In this document: piece after piece, positions 60,102 to 64,000 of the stretch | Layout: every line of letters begins with the position of its first letter | Position numbering within the stretch: the first letter of the stretch is position 1 | NCBI GenBank assembly: GCA_964608075.1 | Contig: CAZSMG010000002.1 | Coordinates: 5,154-69,153 of the forward strand | Direction of reading: 5' to 3' | Length of the DNA: 64,000 bases | Origin: an uncultured Clostridium sp. | GTDB lineage: Bacteria > Bacillota > Clostridia > TANB77 > CAG-508 | Notes under the pieces: model-generated | What the model was told of the DNA's origin: nothing | Databases searched by the model: none | What the model saw: the letters and a program-made list of their open reading frames with translations, nothing else | Program-made: the position numbers and the translations under genes

Positions 60102-63032
60102 ATGAACGAAAAGGAATTAATATACGAAGGAATTGAAACTGCGTTTATTAACTATAATAATCAATCGAATGTAGCATATAAACCACAATTTATATCAAAT
60201 GATTATAAAGAAGGAAGAAAGGTAATATCAACTCTAGAAGACGAACTATTAAAATGTGATAAATTTGATATTAGTGTAGCATTTATAACAGATGGAGGAA
60301 TTGCACCATTATTACAAACATTAAAATTACTAGAAAGCAAAAATATTAAAGGAAGAATTCTAACAACTGATTATTTAGGTTTTAATGATCCTAAAGCATT
60401 AAAAAAATTAACTCAATTCAAAAATATAGAATTAAAAATGTATATGACAGAAAGTTCTGGAGAAGGATTCCATACGAAAGGATATATGTTTAAAAACAAA
60501 GATATATACAGAATAATTATTGGAAGCTCTAATATGACTCAAAAAGCATTATCTGTTAATAGAGAATGGAATACTAAAATTGTATCAACAGAACAAGGAG
60601 AGTATGCGAAAGAAATTCTTAGTGAATTTGAAGGATTATGGGAATCAAAGTATACCTTAGCGTATGAAGATTTTATTGAAAAATATGAATTAAAATATAA
60701 AATAATAAAAGAACAAAGAAGAATTGCGAGCTCTAAGGCAATACCAACTATTAAAGAATATAAATTACAGCCTAATGCTATGCAAGTAAGTTTTATAAAT
60801 AATTTAAATAAAATAGTGGAAATGGGAGAAAATAAAGCTTTATTAATTTCAGCTACTGGTACTGGAAAAACATATGCTTCAGCTTTTGCGTTAAGAGATG
60901 CAAAACCAAGAAGAGCACTATTTTTAGTACATAGAGAGCAAATTGCAAAACAAGCGATTGAAAGTTACAAGAAAATATTTGGAAAAACAAAAACTTTTGG
61001 ATTGCTTTCTGGAAATTCTAAAGATTTTAAAACAGATTATTTATTTTCTACAATGCAAATGATGAGTAAAGAGGAGATATATACTAAATTTAAAAAGGAT
61101 GAATTTGATATAATTGTTATAGATGAAGCACATCGAGTAGGCGCTAGTAGTTATCAAAAACTTATACAATATTTTAAGCCAAAGTTATTATTAGGAATGA
61201 CTGCATCACCTGAAAGGACGGATGGATATGATGTGTATAAAGAATTTAACTATAATATAGCATATGAAATTAGATTGGAACAAGCATTAGAAGAAAATTT
61301 TCTATGCCCTTTTCATTACTTTGGAATAACTGACCTAGAATTTGAAGGGGAAACGATAAATGAAGAAACAAAATTAAGGGACTTCGCAAAATTAACAAGT
61401 GATGAAAGAGTTAAATATATAATAGAGCAAATAGAATTTTATGGACATTCTGGTACAAACATAAATGGACTCGTTTTCTGTAGCTCTAAAAAAGAAGCTC
61501 AGATACTAAGTAATAAATTTAATGAAAAAGGATATTTCACAGTAGCACTTACTGGAGAAGATTCACAAGAAAAGAGAGAAGAAGCAATTAATAGATTAAC
61601 TTCTAAAAATATTGAAGAAAAGATAGATTATATTTTTACAGTAGATATTTTTAACGAGGGTGTTGATATACCAGAAATTAATCAAATAATAATGTTAAGG
61701 CCAACAGAATCTCCAATTGTATTTGTACAACAATTAGGAAGAGGGTTAAGAAAAGCATCAGACAAAGAATATGTAGTTATACTTGATTTTATAGGAAATT
61801 ATAAAAATAACTTTATGATTCCAATAGCATTATCAGGAGACCGCAGTTATAATAAAGATAATATACGTAGGTATGTGTTAGAAGGAGATAGAGTTATTCC
61901 AGGATCTTCAACGATTCATTTTGATGAAATATCTAAAAAAAGAATATTTGAAGCGATTGATAGCGCTGATTTTACTGATATAAAATTAATTAAAGAAAAT
62001 TATACTAATTTAAAAAATAAATTAGGGCATATTCCGTCATTGTTAGATTTTGATAAATATGGTGAAATGGATGTATTAAAAATTTTTGATAATAAGAGTT
62101 TAGGCTCGTATTATAAGTTTTTAACAAAATATGAAAAAGATTATAAAGTTAGATTATTAGAGAATGAAGAAAAAGTTATTGAATTTATATCTAAAAAGTT
62201 AGCAAGTGGAAAAAGAATACATGAATTAGAATTATTAAAAATTATGATTACAGAAGATGTTCAATTATTTACAAAACTTAGGGATAAACTTTCAAAGATA
62301 TATAATATAAATATTACAGAACAAGAAGAAAGAAGCGTTATAAATATATTGACTAATAATTTTGCTTCGGGTTCAAGTAAAAATACATATAAAGAATGTG
62401 TTTTTATTGAAGAAAAAAATAATAATGATTATAGTAAAACAGAATCATTTAAAAATATGTTAAATAATCAAGAATTTAAGAAGATCTTTGAAGAACTAAT
62501 TGAATTTGGAATTAGTAGATATAATCAAAATTATAGTAAAAAATATCAAGATACTCAGTTAGTAATATATCAAAAATATACATATGAAGATGTATGTAGA
62601 CTATTAAATTGGAGAAATAACGAAGTTCCACTTAATATAGGTGGATATAAATTTGATAAAGATACAAAAACATTTCCTGTTTTTATTAACTATGATAAAA
62701 ATGATGAAATTAATGATAGTATAAAATACGAAGATCACTTTGAAAGTAGTAATAAATTAATAGCTATCTCCAAAAGTGGAAGAAATATAAATTCAGAAGA
62801 TGTACAAAATCTTATTAATGCAAAAGATAGGGGAATAAAAGTTGAATTATTTGTTAGGAAAAATAAAGATGATAAAATCTCAAAAGAATTTTACTATTTA
62901 GGTAGAATGAATGCTACAGGAAAAGTTAGAGAATTTATTATGCCTAATACAAATAAAACAGCAGTAGAGATAGAGTGGATATTAGAAGCGCCTGTAAGAG
63001 AAGATATATATGAATATATAATAGATTGTTAA
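60102..63032 (+). CDS. SauUSI-like Type IV (modification-dependent) restriction enzyme: PLD-family nuclease, SF2 helicase/ATPase and a C-terminal specificity domain
   Basis: N-terminal HKD motif (HTKGYMFKNKD...GSSNMT). Helicase motifs I (ISATGTGKT), II (VIDEAHRV) and III (TASPER). A C-terminal domain of about 250 aa. 976 aa. Confidence 0.75.
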   Translation: MNEKELIYEGIETAFINYNNQSNVAYKPQFISNDYKEGRKVISTLEDELLKCDKFDISVAFITDGGIAPLLQTLKLLESKNIKGRILTTDYLGFNDPKALKKLTQFKNIELKMYMTESSGEGFHTKGYMFKNKDIYRIIIGSSNMTQKALSVNREWNTKIVSTEQGEYAKEILSEFEGLWESKYTLAYEDFIEKYELKYKIIKEQRRIASSKAIPTIKEYKLQPNAMQVSFINNLNKIVEMGENKALLISATGTGKTYASAFALRDAKPRRALFLVHREQIAKQAIESYKKIFGKTKTFGLLSGNSKDFKTDYLFSTMQMMSKEEIYTKFKKDEFDIIVIDEAHRVGASSYQKLIQYFKPKLLLGMTASPERTDGYDVYKEFNYNIAYEIRLEQALEENFLCPFHYFGITDLEFEGETINEETKLRDFAKLTSDERVKYIIEQIEFYGHSGTNINGLVFCSSKKEAQILSNKFNEKGYFTVALTGEDSQEKREEAINRLTSKNIEEKIDYIFTVDIFNEGVDIPEINQIIMLRPTESPIVFVQQLGRGLRKASDKEYVVILDFIGNYKNNFMIPIALSGDRSYNKDNIRRYVLEGDRVIPGSSTIHFDEISKKRIFEAIDSADFTDIKLIKENYTNLKNKLGHIPSLLDFDKYGEMDVLKIFDNKSLGSYYKFLTKYEKDYKVRLLENEEKVIEFISKKLASGKRIHELELLKIMITEDVQLFTKLRDKLSKIYNINITEQEERSVINILTNNFASGSSKNTYKECVFIEEKNNNDYSKTESFKNMLNNQEFKKIFEELIEFGISRYNQNYSKKYQDTQLVIYQKYTYEDVCRLLNWRNNEVPLNIGGYKFDKDTKTFPVFINYDKNDEINDSIKYEDHFESSNKLIAISKSGRNINSEDVQNLINAKDRGIKVELFVRKNKDDKISKEFYYLGRMNATGKVREFIMPNTNKTAVEIEWILEAPVREDIYEYIIDC

Positions 63033-63044
63033 TGGAGGAGTAAA

Positions 63045-63431
63045 ATGAAGGATATAAAAGTTGTTGCAGCAATTATTATTGATAAGAATAAAATATTTGC
63101 TACTCAAAGAGGATATGGAGAATTTAAAGATGGCTGGGAATTTCCAGGAGGAAAAATAGAAGAAGGAGAAACGGCAGAAGAGGCACTACTTAGAGAAATA
63201 CAAGAAGAGTTAGATACTAAAATAAGTATTAAAGGTAAAATTGATACAGTAGAATATGATTATCCAAAATTCCATCTTTCAATGGATTGTTTTGTATGTA
63301 ATATAATAGAGGGAGATTTAATATTGAAGGAACATGAAGCGGCAAAATGGCTTTCAAAAGATGAATTATACAGTGTTGATTGGTTACCAGCTGATAAAGG
63401 ATTAATCGAAAAAATCAAAAGTTATATATAA
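63045..63431 (+). CDS. NUDIX hydrolase (MutT/NudG-like (d)NTP pyrophosphohydrolase)
   Basis: Nudix box GGKIEEGETAEEALLREIQEELD. 128 aa. 12 nt downstream of the Type IV enzyme gene. Confidence 0.8.
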   Translation: MKDIKVVAAIIIDKNKIFATQRGYGEFKDGWEFPGGKIEEGETAEEALLREIQEELDTKISIKGKIDTVEYDYPKFHLSMDCFVCNIIEGDLILKEHEAAKWLSKDELYSVDWLPADKGLIEKIKSYI

Positions 63432-63493
63432 AATGAATATAATGGTAAATAAAGATAGCATAGATAAGTAAAAAATAGAAAGGAAATTTAAAA

Positions 63494-64000
63494 TGCTAAC
63501 CCAAACACAAAAATTAAAATCAATATTTAATGAACAACAGATAAATGCAATTAATGATATAATTGAAGAAATAGAAAAAGATGGACAAGAATATAAAACA
63601 ATAAACTTATGGAAATTTGATCAAACTATTGGAGGAATAGGAGGATATAGTCAAGGGTGCGATCCTGCACGCTCAAATCCGCTTCAAGGAACAGAATTTA
63701 GAAATGCATATAGATGTTTACAGTATATTAGAAGTTATATTGATATATTAAATATCAACTATACAGCAAGAGATATAATAGAAAATTGTGGACATCATTT
63801 TGAAGAATCAATAAAAATATATTTAAAAAGAACCAAGAAGGTTAAGTGGATAAAAGTTAGTAGATATCCATTAGGGAAACTATTAATTTATATAGCTGAT
63901 AAAAATATATTTGAAGAAGAAATTACAGAAGCATTAAAGCTATTTGTCGATCTATATAATATATCAAAGCATGAAATATTATCAAATGATGAATTAGATA
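63494..64000 (+). CDS. Hypothetical protein, 3-prime-truncated by the window end
   Basis: ORF with an AGGAAA RBS. It runs off the window. No motif recognised. Confidence 0.4.

Overview
This is a low-GC (about 27-28% G+C) Firmicutes chromosomal segment that looks clostridial. The backbone carries gyrA, htrA, vanW-family, LCP, rsfS, maf, comEA, an ABC/GldG-like transporter operon, a flavodiiron protein with rubredoxin, and seven tRNAs.

Several accessory regions are embedded in it.
- **Conjugation/replication remnant (4.9-10.3 kb, immediately downstream of gyrA):** a VirD4-type coupling protein, three small membrane proteins, and DnaD-like plus DnaC-like genes.
- **Integrase fragment (24.3 kb):** a decayed tyrosine-integrase C-terminus beside tRNA-Arg(TCT).
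- **Integrative island (about 43.06-59.85 kb, about 16.8 kb):** inserted in the anticodon-loop region of the initiator tRNA-fMet gene. It carries a tyrosine integrase, an Xis-like HTH protein, a second DnaD/DnaC-like module, a MobC-like protein with a five-hairpin oriT/sso-like region, and defence cargo. The defence cargo is an M.HhaI-like m5C methyltransferase with a putative endonuclease, a 1156-aa membrane-inserted KAP P-loop NTPase with a zinc-ribbon partner, a PHP-phosphoesterase-ABC/Rad50-like ATPase fusion with a translationally coupled small ORF, and an IS256-family insertion.
- **Just outside the island:** a SauUSI-like PLD-helicase Type IV restriction enzyme and a NUDIX hydrolase.

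Other notable items: an orphan SCIFF peptide gene with no radical-SAM maturase in the window; a roughly 700-nt ORF-free GC-elevated region that may be a large ncRNA (OLE-like) upstream of a four-TM protein; an 832-aa adenosine-deaminase-family fusion protein; and a 1.5-kb extremely AT-rich ORF-free leader containing direct repeats. No CRISPR array was seen.
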